Below are positions 29,232 through 39,400 of a stretch of 64,000 bases of DNA, piece after piece; position 1 is the first letter of the stretch, and the number at the start of each line of letters is the position of its first letter. Source of the stretch: Candidatus Omnitrophota bacterium (GTDB lineage: Bacteria; Omnitrophota; Gorgyraeia; Zapsychrales; Zapsychraceae); NCBI GenBank assembly GCA_015233115.1, contig JADFYJ010000012.1, positions 15,557-79,556 of the forward strand, given 5' to 3'. Below the pieces are notes generated by a model, which was given only the letters and a program-made list of their open reading frames with translations, ran no database searches and was not told where the DNA came from. The position numbers and the translations under genes are program-made.

Positions 29232-29618
29232 CTATTCCCACACAGCCTGTTTATAATATTTATGAATCCGTTCGTCCTTAGTCAACAATTTATGCCTATT
29301 AATCGCCGCTTGAGCCACAATAATTCTATCAAACGGGTCTCTGGTCCAGAAATGCGGCAATCCTTCTAAAATAATTTCATTAAAACCCGCCTCATCAATC
29401 TTCAACCCCACAGTTTCCTTAAGAACATTGATAATTTTTAAAGACTTGTCCGTAATTTTTTGAACTTCCTGGAGATATTGCAATTCGAGCATAACTATAG
29501 GCGAGATGACTAATTCATTATCTTCAAGCAAAGCTTTCGCTTTCTCACTCAACAATTTCACTTCACCATAATAAAGCCAAACAATAACGTGGGTATCGAG
29601 ATGGATTATCCGTTCCAT
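29232..29618 (-). CDS. PIN-domain (VapC-type) toxin
   Basis: LDTHVIVW, SPIVMLE, RDPFDR..AQA, LLTKD. Confidence 0.92.
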   Translation of the reverse strand: MERIIHLDTHVIVWLYYGEVKLLSEKAKALLEDNELVISPIVMLELQYLQEVQKITDKSLKIINVLKETVGLKIDEAGFNEIILEGLPHFWTRDPFDRIIVAQAAINRHKLLTKDERIHKYYKQAVWE

Positions 29619-29824
29619 TCTGATGTCCAATCTAAATGAACAAGATCTTCGGGCTTCCCTTTTAACCCCGAACGTTTTTTTAAATGAGCCAATTTCTTTA
29701 TTTTTACCTCAGGAACAATCTTAAACCGCCGCCCCTTTCCCCCTATTTCTAAAGGAATACCGGTTTCAGCTATGCGATCCAAAAGTTTATAAATGTTCTG
29801 TCGAAAATGTGACGTTGTCATCAT
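29606..29824 (-). CDS. Phd/YefM-family antitoxin
   Basis: TTSHFRQNIYKLLDRIAETGIPLEI; overlaps the toxin start. Confidence 0.88.
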   Translation of the reverse strand: MMTTSHFRQNIYKLLDRIAETGIPLEIGGKGRRFKIVPEVKIKKLAHLKKRSGLKGKPEDLVHLDWTSEWNG

Positions 29825-29848
29825 GCTCTCATCCTCTTTTCTCACTCA

Positions 29849-29892
29849 AGGATAACAGCAAAAACGTACGTTGTCAAATATAAGGCGTACGT
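29849..29892 (-). promoter_or_regulatory. TA promoter with two CGTACG operator palindromes
   Basis: TTGACA-17 nt-TATCCT with extended TG; CGTACG at 29865 and 29886 (21 bp apart) flanking the -35 box. Confidence 0.7.
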
Positions 29893-29901
29893 ATTAGAAG
29901 G

Positions 29902-30627
29902 CTACACTGCAGGAGCCGCTTCAATCTCCCCCAGAATATCTTTCGCGGCCTGCACCGGATCTTTCGCATTTAATATCGGCCTTCCTACCACTAAATAATT
30001 ACTACCATTGCTAATCGCATCAAACGGCGTGGTAATTCTTTTTTGATCGCCCGCATCCGCGCCTTTCGGCCGTATGCCCGGAGTCACAATCACAAAATCT
30101 TGACCTAATTCATGACGCAGTAAAGCCGCCTCCTGACTCGACGCTACTACTCCATCCAGCCCCGCTTTCTTAGCTAATTGCGCCCGCTCCAAAACTAAAC
30201 TTGCCACCCCTTCGGTTTTTCCATCACTGGTTAAAACCGTTATTCCAACGATTAACGGTTTAATAACCCCCAATTGAAATGACATGTCGCGCGCGGCTTC
30301 TGCCGCCCGTTTCATCATTTCTACGCCGCCTTGTGTATGAACGGTGCACATAAAAATCGAATTTTGATTCTCGCCAATTTTAGCCATCTGAATAGCTGAC
30401 CCGACCGCGCTCGCGACAGTATTGGGGATATCATGAAATTTCAAATCCAAAAAAACTTTTTTCCCCTGACTTAACACATAACGCACTACCTCAGGCCCGC
30501 ACGCCGTAAAAAGCTGACTGCCGATTTTATAGATATCGACCACATCTTTCAACCGATTAATAACATCCTTGGCTTCTTCAAGCGTATACACGTCAAGAGC
30601 GAGAATTAATTTGTCTTTTGCTGTCAT
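29902..30627 (-). CDS. pyrF: Orotidine-5'-phosphate decarboxylase
   Basis: LALD, FLDLKFHDIPNT, VTPGIRP, VVGRPI. Confidence 0.97.
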   Translation of the reverse strand: MTAKDKLILALDVYTLEEAKDVINRLKDVVDIYKIGSQLFTACGPEVVRYVLSQGKKVFLDLKFHDIPNTVASAVGSAIQMAKIGENQNSIFMCTVHTQGGVEMMKRAAEAARDMSFQLGVIKPLIVGITVLTSDGKTEGVASLVLERAQLAKKAGLDGVVASSQEAALLRHELGQDFVIVTPGIRPKGADAGDQKRITTPFDAISNGSNYLVVGRPILNAKDPVQAAKDILGEIEAAPAV

Positions 30628-30635
30628 CAGATTTT

Positions 30636-30683
30636 CCCCTCATCCCTGCTCACGCAGGACCCCTTCTCCCCAGAGGGGAGAAG
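30636..30683. repeat. REP-like palindrome, second copy
   Basis: CCCCTCATCCC..CTTCTCCCC-AGA-GGGGAGAAG with an extra CCTGC/GCAGG hairpin. Confidence 0.75.
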
Positions 30684-30709
30684 AAATATCTTATATTTAT
30701 ATTTTATTC

Positions 30710-31612
30710 TTATTTTATAAACCCAATCAAATCTTTTATGTCATTTATTTTATGTTTACGCATGTAGACTTTAATGCCATCTAAAACTTTAATAGCTGTA
30801 TTCGGATCAATAAAACTCATCGTACCAACCGCGACCATGGTGGCTCCGGCGATTAAAAATTGCAACGCGTCTTCCGCGTTGGATATGCCGCCCATGGCCA
30901 TGATAGGGATTTTAATTCGTTGCGCGGTTTGATAAACCATATTGACCGCTATCGGACGGATCGCAGGGCCGCTTAAACCTCCCGTAAAATTTCCGATCAT
31001 GGATTTGCGTTTTTCCACGTCAATCACCATCGCCTGAAAAGTATTCACCATGCTGACCGCGTCAGCGCCTGCCGCTTCTGCCGCAGCCGCGATATCCGCG
31101 ATACTGGTGACGTTGGGTGACAATTTAGCAATAATAGGCTGATTCACAATTTTTCTGACCAAAGCCACAACCTGCTGAGTCGCTCCGGCATCTTGCGCCA
31201 CCAAAACTTTATGTTTTAAATTGGGGCAGGATAAATTCAGCTCAATGGCAGACACAGACGATAAACCGGCTAATTTTTCCGCCATAATTTGAAACTCTTC
31301 GTCGCTTTTTCCTGAAATACTGACAATCACTGGCACGCCGATTTTCGCATACATGGACAATTTATTTTCGATAAACGCGTCAATGCCGTCATTTTCAATG
31401 CCGATCGCGTTGACCATGCCTGACGGGGTTTCAACAATGCGCGGCGGCAGATTACCCTGTTGAGGAAGCAAAGTCACTGTTTTAGGAACAATCGCGCCTA
31501 ATTGTTTGGCCGCTTTAAGATCCCAACATTCCCCCACAGCGCCAAATGTTCCGGACGCCACAGTGACAGGATTAGAAAATTTTAAATTAGCAATTTTAAC
31601 GGATAAATTCAT
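30710..31612 (-). CDS. pyrD: Dihydroorotate dehydrogenase 1B catalytic subunit
   Basis: ASGTFG, NAIG, ELNLSCPN, KLSPNV, GGLSGPAI. Confidence 0.96.
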   Translation of the reverse strand: MNLSVKIANLKFSNPVTVASGTFGAVGECWDLKAAKQLGAIVPKTVTLLPQQGNLPPRIVETPSGMVNAIGIENDGIDAFIENKLSMYAKIGVPVIVSISGKSDEEFQIMAEKLAGLSSVSAIELNLSCPNLKHKVLVAQDAGATQQVVALVRKIVNQPIIAKLSPNVTSIADIAAAAEAAGADAVSMVNTFQAMVIDVEKRKSMIGNFTGGLSGPAIRPIAVNMVYQTAQRIKIPIMAMGGISNAEDALQFLIAGATMVAVGTMSFIDPNTAIKVLDGIKVYMRKHKINDIKDLIGFIK

Positions 31613-31614
31613 AT

Positions 31615-32382
31615 TCACCACACGATTTCATGTAAATCAAATACTGGGCCGTCATGGCACACAGTTTTATAACCCGCTGTCGTCTTAACCACACAACCTA
31701 AACATACGCCTACGCCGCAGGCCATGACTTCTTCGCAGGAGCATTGACCTTTTAATCCGTGCTCTTGCGCGAATTTTTGAACGGAGGCCATCATGGGGCG
31801 GGGTCCGCAGGTATAAAGCATGGTTGTGTCAGGATTTATTTCAATTTTATCAAATAGTTCAGATACCCGGCCTTTCACGCCAACAGACCCGTCATCCGTT
31901 GAAATAAAAACTTTACACCCGTTCTTTTTAAACTCAGCCATATTAAAGGTAAATTCTTTTGACCTGCCGCCGTAAAGTAAAAGCAAATCATGCCCGCGGT
32001 TTTTTAAAGCATCGGATAAAGCCATAAACGGCGCCACGCCTATTCCTCCGCCGATCATCACGACTTGTTTAATTTTTTTAGCAGGTAAAGTAAATGCTGT
32101 TCCCAGCGGACCCATCACATCCAGCATCGCGCCTTTAACTTGAGAGGACAAAATCCCTGTGCCTTTTCCCCTGACCTCATAAAAAATTTCCACAGCTTTC
32201 TGACTACGGAACACGCTAAAAGGCCGGCGGAAAAACGGCTCTAAGCTCTCTTGTATCCTCACCTCTACAAATTGGCCCGGCTTAACTTGCGCGGCTAATT
32301 TTCCGTGTTCAAGGACCAGATGATACAATTTATCTGTAATTTTTTTATTGGATATGATTTTGAGTTGATGTTGAATTTTCAT
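31615..32382 (-). CDS. pyrK: Dihydroorotate dehydrogenase electron transfer subunit
   Basis: RRPFS, GGGIGVAP, CGP, MACGVGVCLGC..C.DGPVF; ATGA overlap with the mutM stop. Confidence 0.95.
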   Translation of the reverse strand: MKIQHQLKIISNKKITDKLYHLVLEHGKLAAQVKPGQFVEVRIQESLEPFFRRPFSVFRSQKAVEIFYEVRGKGTGILSSQVKGAMLDVMGPLGTAFTLPAKKIKQVVMIGGGIGVAPFMALSDALKNRGHDLLLLYGGRSKEFTFNMAEFKKNGCKVFISTDDGSVGVKGRVSELFDKIEINPDTTMLYTCGPRPMMASVQKFAQEHGLKGQCSCEEVMACGVGVCLGCVVKTTAGYKTVCHDGPVFDLHEIVW

Positions 32383-33209
32383 AATATTTGACATTTCTCA
32401 CAATAAAACGTACTGCGCTGGGCTTGGACTATTTTCTTAATGAGTTGGCCGCATTTCAGACACGGCTTCCCACCCCGTCCGTAAACTTTCAGACGTCCGG
32501 CGAATTGGCCGTGTTCGCCTGACGCGTCGCGGTAATTCCGCAGGGTTGTCCCCCGATGCAAAACCGCGTATTCCAAAATTTTCTTAACCGCCTTTACCAG
32601 CAAGCTGATTTGCGCCGGCTTTAAAGAACAAGCCGTTGTCCGCGGATCAATTTTCGCCTCAAACAAAATCTCCGACGCGTAAATGTTTCCGATCCCTGCC
32701 ACAAATTTCCCGTCCATTAATAAAACTTTAACCGCGATCCGCCGTCCGGCAATATTTTTTTCAACATAATCTTTATTAAAATCTGCCAATAACGGCTCAG
32801 GGCCCAAAGATCGAAAATATTTTACTTCATCTAAACTCCCGGCTAAACGTATCCGTCCGAACATGCGCTGATCATTATAAATTAACTTCGCGCCATTAGA
32901 AAGCTTAAATATAACTTTGGCAAATTTTACATCATCCCCATCTTGAGCATTTTCCCGCGCTGGAACCAAAACTAACTGTCCGGTCATACCCAGCTGAATG
33001 ATCAAAAATAATTTATCCAGTTCAAATACCAGCGCTTTACCTCGCCGGTAAATATTTAAAATGTGTAATTTTTTTAATCGGTAAGATAATTGTGCGGAAG
33101 TCATTCCACCGCAAACTCTTTGTTCATTGACCTGCACAGATACAATGGTCTGCCCAACAATTTTCCGCAAATCCCGCGCGATCGTCTCTACTTCAGGAAG
33201 TTCTGGCAT
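32379..33209 (-). CDS. mutM: Formamidopyrimidine-DNA glycosylase
   Basis: N-terminal MPELPEV, RRGK, GIGNIYASE, C-terminal zinc finger. Confidence 0.96.
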   Translation of the reverse strand: MPELPEVETIARDLRKIVGQTIVSVQVNEQRVCGGMTSAQLSYRLKKLHILNIYRRGKALVFELDKLFLIIQLGMTGQLVLVPARENAQDGDDVKFAKVIFKLSNGAKLIYNDQRMFGRIRLAGSLDEVKYFRSLGPEPLLADFNKDYVEKNIAGRRIAVKVLLMDGKFVAGIGNIYASEILFEAKIDPRTTACSLKPAQISLLVKAVKKILEYAVLHRGTTLRNYRDASGEHGQFAGRLKVYGRGGKPCLKCGQLIKKIVQAQRSTFYCEKCQIL

Positions 33210-33256
33210 GTTCTGTCCCCTATAAAAAGCTTCTAATCTTATATGACCAATATAAT

Positions 33257-33280
33257 GTAGCAGTGTAACAATGTGACAAT
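33257..33280. repeat. GTNAC octamer tandem x3
   Basis: GTAGCAGT GTAACAAT GTGACAAT; CATTCCGCTTTTT at 33365. Confidence 0.7.
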
Positions 33281-33490
33281 GCCAAGAACAAAAAATGCAA
33301 AGCGGGGCAAGTGCATTTTTGCTCGTTCGCATAATTTCCAAATTATATTTTTAAAATTAATTATCATTCCGCTTTTTCTGCTTTAAGTTTTTTCCTGAAT
33401 TCCCTTTTAAACTCCGTGTCACCGATAAACCTTCCCCGGGCATTTATCATGATAAGTTGAAAGGATCACATGATGGGCACTGCTAAACAA

Positions 33491-34771
33491 TTACTCTACG
33501 TTATATACCACATTTCCGCCGCAAATAGTGGCTAAAACTAGTCCTTTTAATGTCTTCCCTATAAAAGGAGAGTTTTTTGATTTGGACGCAAAACCCGCCG
33601 CTTTCACCTGCCACGGAGCCTCGGAATCAAAAACCGTTAAATCCGCGTCCATGCCTTCAGCTATTTTGCCTTTAGCAGAAAGGCCGGTTATTTTTGCCGG
33701 AGATGCGGACATTTTGTCAATCAGCTGGGGTAACGTTAAAATTTTAGCGTCTACCAACTCAGTAATTCCCAGCCCAAACGCGGTTTCCAGGCCAATCATG
33801 CCTGAAGGAGCCTGATCGAAATCCAATTCTTTTTCCTCCTGGCTATGCGGGGCATGATCAGTCGCTATACAATCTATTGTCCCATCTTTTAATCCGCGCT
33901 TAATCTCAGCCACATCTTCTTCCGAACGCAGAGGCGGTTTGACTTTCAAATTCGTGTTAAAAGATCTGATCTCTTTTTCCGTCAATGAAAAATGATGCGG
34001 ACACGCTTCCGCTGAAACTTTCACGCCATCCGTTTTCGCGCGGCGGATCAATTCAACTGAACGCTTGGTGCTCACATGCGCGAAATGAATACGGCAATCC
34101 AAATAATGCGCCAGCTCTATATCCCGGCTGATAATGGTGGTTTCCGACACTGCCGGATCGCCTTTCATGCCCAACAATGTAGAAAAATAGCCTTCATTGA
34201 CTACTCCCGTTTTACTGAGCAAAGGATCTTCACAATGCTCAGAAATCAAAATACCAACCATCTGACTGTATTGCAAAGCCATACGCATTAAGTGCGAATT
34301 ATGAACTGATTTCCCATCGTCAGATAACATCAGGCAGCCCGCCCTGCGCATTTCAAACATATCGGTTAATTCTTCATCCTGCTGTCCTTTGGTGATAGCG
34401 CCAACTGGGTAAACATTTACCAGCCCAACCCGCTTGCCTTCTCTAATGATAAAATCCACCAAAGCGATATTATCAATCGGGGGCTTGGTATTCGGCATGC
34501 AAAATACCGACGTAAACCCGCCTTTAGCCGCTGCCGCGGAACCGGTTTCAATGGTCTCTTTGTATTCCTGCCCGGGCTGACGGAAATGAGCGTGAAGATC
34601 TATGAAGCCAGGAGAAACGAATTTCCCCTTGGCATCAATAATGTCGGCCCCATCACTCTTTAAGTTTTCACCGATTTTTACAATTTTCCCGTCTTGAATC
34701 AGTATATCTTTAATCCGGTCATCTATCCCATCAGAGTTGACTATTTTCGCGTTTTTGATTAACAACATCAT
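33491..34771 (-). CDS. pyrC: Dihydroorotase
   Basis: DLHAHFR, MPNT, HCED, PPLR, ATDHAPH. Confidence 0.96.
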   Translation of the reverse strand: MMLLIKNAKIVNSDGIDDRIKDILIQDGKIVKIGENLKSDGADIIDAKGKFVSPGFIDLHAHFRQPGQEYKETIETGSAAAAKGGFTSVFCMPNTKPPIDNIALVDFIIREGKRVGLVNVYPVGAITKGQQDEELTDMFEMRRAGCLMLSDDGKSVHNSHLMRMALQYSQMVGILISEHCEDPLLSKTGVVNEGYFSTLLGMKGDPAVSETTIISRDIELAHYLDCRIHFAHVSTKRSVELIRRAKTDGVKVSAEACPHHFSLTEKEIRSFNTNLKVKPPLRSEEDVAEIKRGLKDGTIDCIATDHAPHSQEEKELDFDQAPSGMIGLETAFGLGITELVDAKILTLPQLIDKMSASPAKITGLSAKGKIAEGMDADLTVFDSEAPWQVKAAGFASKSKNSPFIGKTLKGLVLATICGGNVVYNVE

Positions 34772-34811
34772 TTAAAATCCTTTCTGCGTTCTACTCTATA
34801 CTCTGTACTTT

Positions 34812-35738
34812 TTACTCCTTAGCCCCTAACGCCAGATATAATACCGCCATGCGTACAGCTACGCCGTTGGTGACTTGTTCTAAAATTAATGATTGCGGGC
34901 CGTCAGCTACGTCGGAGGAAATTTCTATGCCGCGGTTCATGGGGCCGGGATGCATGATGAGAAGCTCTTTTTTCCCTTTTTTCAATCTTTCCGCATTTAC
35001 ACCGAACTCCATCGCGTATTCTCTAATCGAAGGAAAATAATTTTCTTTTTGCCTTTCTTTTTGAATACGCAGGAGCATTAAGACATCGCTGCGTTTAATC
35101 ACTTCCTCAACGCTATAGCAAACCTTGGCTCCTAATTTTTCAATTCCAAACGGGATCAAAGTTGACGGTCCGCATACCGTGACTTCCACGCCCATTTTCG
35201 TCAAGCCCACCACATTGGAACGGGCCACGCGCGAATGCATGATGTCGCCGACAATTCCCACTTTTATCCCTTCCAGCTTGCCTAATTTTTCTTTAATGGT
35301 AAACATATCCAGAAGAGCCTGCGTTGGATGAGACCGGCAGCCGTCTCCCGCGTTAATAATAGACGATTTTAAATTGTTAGCCAATATCTGCGGCACGCCT
35401 GATGACCCATGCCGCACCACAATCGCGTCCACATTCATGGCTTCCACATTCCGCGCCGTATCTAAAATCGTTTCGCCTTTAGACATCGAGCTAGAACTGA
35501 CCGCGATATTAATCGTGTCCGCGGAAAGCCGCTTGGCTGCCAGCTCAAAAGATGTCCGAGTTCTCGTAGACGGTTCAAAAAATAGCATCACCACAGTTTT
35601 ACCCCTTAAAGCCGGCACTTTTTTAACATCCCGCGAAGACACTTCCTTAAATGATTTGGCTGTATCCAAGACCTGCTGAATTTCCTCTTTGGTCAACTCT
35701 TCTACATCCAGTAAATGACGTTTATTCCATTCCACCAT
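34812..35738 (-). CDS. pyrB: Aspartate carbamoyltransferase
   Basis: FFEPSTRTRTSF, HPTQALLD, HSRVARS, MHPGP. Confidence 0.97.
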   Translation of the reverse strand: MVEWNKRHLLDVEELTKEEIQQVLDTAKSFKEVSSRDVKKVPALRGKTVVMLFFEPSTRTRTSFELAAKRLSADTINIAVSSSSMSKGETILDTARNVEAMNVDAIVVRHGSSGVPQILANNLKSSIINAGDGCRSHPTQALLDMFTIKEKLGKLEGIKVGIVGDIMHSRVARSNVVGLTKMGVEVTVCGPSTLIPFGIEKLGAKVCYSVEEVIKRSDVLMLLRIQKERQKENYFPSIREYAMEFGVNAERLKKGKKELLIMHPGPMNRGIEISSDVADGPQSLILEQVTNGVAVRMAVLYLALGAKE

Positions 35739-35739
35739 A

Positions 35740-36342
<603 letters not shown>

Positions 36343-36373
36343 TTATCTTTAATAAGCCTTAACTTCATTTTAT

Positions 36374-36407
36374 GCCTTACCGGCCTCTCAGGACCAGTTT
36401 AAAAGTT
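36374..36407 (-). promoter_or_regulatory. PyrR binding loop (anti-antiterminator)
   Basis: CTTTTAAACTGGTCCTGAGAGGCCGGTAAGG matches the CUUUAA and RUCCNGNGAGGY consensus. Confidence 0.88.
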
Positions 36408-36423
36408 AAACTTCACTTTTAAA

Positions 36424-36452
36424 AATATACCATCTTACAACGGAAAAGTCAA
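36424..36452 (-). promoter_or_regulatory. Sigma70 promoter of the pyr operon
   Basis: TTGACT-17 nt-TATATT with TG extension. Confidence 0.75.
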
Positions 36453-36494
36453 AAATTTTTTCTCGTCCGGTGATATGAACTTGATCCTAAAAAC

Positions 36495-39400
36495 CTAAGA
36501 TTTAAAAATCTCGCCTCTGACAAATCTATTTTTAAATCCTAAAATATCCTCCTGGCTGAAATGCTTGTAAAATTTACGAAGCGCATCCAGCACCTTATCC
36601 TGTTTTTCTCGATCACCGATTATTTTCAAAGCTTCCCGATAATAACGCGAAGAAATGTTCATTAAAAATTTTTTGTTGCTCAAAGACTGACCTTCCATGC
36701 TGGCAAACATTTCTACTACCACACATCGATAAATAAGACTCTCGTAAAGATTGCGATAAACATGTATTTTCTTCCATCTGGCTTGCTCAAAAAACTTTGA
36801 ACCCTTCTTCGTCCCTTCTGGAAATAATAAAACTGTCATTGCCTCTGTCATGATTTCATTCAGAATAAACTGCGCGTGTAACCATTCTAATTGATCATAC
36901 TTCAATTGTTCCGTAAAAATTTTCGTAAATTCTCTGTCTAAACTTAAATATTGTTCTTTCAACCAGGCCTGAAGCTGATTCTGCGGATGCTTCAACTGCA
37001 CAGATGAATAACCATTTCTGTTTAAAATAAAATGACATGATTCATGCCTTATCGTGTAAGGAACGGAGTGAATAGCATCTAGGGGGCTAAATCGTTCATT
37101 TGCCAAATTAATCTTCATTTCCGTTCCAGGATCATTAACCGCAAATAAAAAGCTCACCCGCGAACACACTAAATGCATTACGATATCTTCAGGGAAATAT
37201 TTGTTTGCGAGAATATCTTTGAAATACCGATAAAACAGTCTTGGTGTCCAGCCCAGACGGAAAGCAGGCTCAAAAGAATCATCATATGTCAAAAATTTTA
37301 GAAGGTTTTCTGATGATAATCGGGCTCCTTCACTCAAATAAAATCTTTGCGCAGCTAAACCATTCTTCTCATTCGATTGATATTCATAAATATCAATCTG
37401 CTCTTTAGTAAAAACAATGATTTCTTCGGGGTAACCAAGGCTCCCCAGAAAATGTTGAACACACTGCAAAACTTGTTCCCGTTTCAAATTCCAAAGTTCA
37501 TTCGTAAAAATTTCCAAATTTTCATAATTTGTTTTACTGAGTCCTTTAGACAAACTATTTAAAAATTCTTTCGTAGGGAGCTCGGTGAATTTATCGCTCT
37601 TTTTCAAATATTCCACCAAAGCCAAATCGCGCAAGGCTCGCAAAAATCCTTTATATAATTTAATTTTGTCTACGGACAATCCCCTTTTGCCTATCAAAAA
37701 ACACATCAGGCTTTTTTGAGATTTAAATGTCATGCCATGCGTTAGGATGTTTTGTAACGACACTTCGGCAGACAAAGGCTCAAGCAGCCGTTGATCGAAA
37801 AGAGTTGATTCATTGGCTAAATCGAGCGCATTTTGAATCCTGATAAATTCTTCACAATATGCCAGAATTTCACCTGTATCCTCAATCAAAATAATCCCTT
37901 CTTGGGCAAGCCGCGGATGCATGTGTTCTTCAAAATCGAGCACAGTCCGGATCATTTTTTCCGCTTCATCAATACTTTGCAATTGCCACATCTGCTCACT
38001 CAACTCACAGAATAACTGATAATCTTCGTTAAACCTGCGCTCATCTTTCTGTTTTAATGCTTGGACTCTGTGCTCGCGCTCTTGACGAGCTTGTTCTTTC
38101 TGTCGCAACATATTCTCAGTCTTTAACCTTACCAAACGATCCGCCTCAGCCGTTGCTTCTGTCTGTTTCTGAACCCGATCCCGATTTCTTTGTTCATCTG
38201 CTATAGCGGTGCGCCATTTCTTAATCTGTCGGGTAATGTTGCGGATATCTGCCGGACGAAAATCTATTTCTCCCAAACCCGCCTCGATTTGTTCCAATTC
38301 TTCTTTCAGTCCTGCTAAATCATGCGTTTTGATATTTTGAAAAATCTTTTTTAATCCCTCTACTTTTTGCAGGAAATTTAATTTTTGCTCTGCTTTTTTA
38401 TTTTGTATTTGCTTTTCTTTTTTAGCTTCAAATTTTTTGACAAACCGCGCCCAATATTCTTTCCCATCTGAAAACATAAAAATTCCCGCAAGAAATACCA
38501 AAACGAATAAAGCAACGACGACAGTGATATTTTTTGTAACCATTAAAGAACCAAAGATAACCCCCGCAACAACTATCACAAAAAGCAAAGCATTTAATAT
38601 CGAACCGGTTTGACCGGAATGAAAACTTCTTGATCCTGCTAAAATGGCACACCGGGCATTTAATTTTTTTTGTGCTTGATCGATCTCTTCCATCTTTTTA
38701 TTAAAATCAGGAACAATTTCCTGCGGCGGGACCAAAGACAAAATCAATTCTTTAATCATCTGTGATATGCCAGATTGCGGCTTGGAAGAAACAGCCAATT
38801 TTCTCGTTGTTTTAAAATAGGTAACGGCTGATGATGTCGCGAATCCTAACCATAATGAATAAAAAATAATTCGCTGTAAAACTGTCGGGCTTGCCGTTAA
38901 CATTGGCAAAGCAAACAACGCGCCGAACATGGCGAACAGCACCATGCCATACGAATGAAGCATTGTATCTCCGGCCTTATGTATCTCTAATGCTTCCCAC
39001 GTTTGGATCATGGATTCCGCTTGTAAAATTTCTTGGGGACTATTACAAGAATAAAATTTGTCTTTCTCATCAAGATTTGCCACCGTAACTGTCATATTGC
39101 GCCGTCGCATCTCTTTTAGAATCTCCCCCACTGAAAAACTTTTTTGGCTGTCCGCAAAATAAGCCAAGACTTCTAATAATTTTGACTTTGTAAAAAGGAT
39201 GACATTAGTGTTGCATTCTTTAATGGCCTTAACTTCAGACATAGGAATATCCTGCTCGAATATTGTCCCCTTGCCGATTGCGATAGATGTCTCATTAAAT
39301 CTGGAGGGTTCAACTATTTGATAAAAAGAACCATTGGATTGGCGGATTACTCTTCCAAAATTCAATGGTTCTTGGTTGTGAACAGTTAAAACAACAGCCG

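Noticed and set aside
29055-29369. 104-aa + strand ORF
   Set aside because: It is the reverse complement of tRNA-Val and the end of the PIN toxin gene
9178-33341. Longer ORF-track starts for nth, Lrp, the tRNA-binding protein and mutM
   Set aside because: The extensions run through repeat arms or neighbouring genes; family N-termini begin at downstream ATGs
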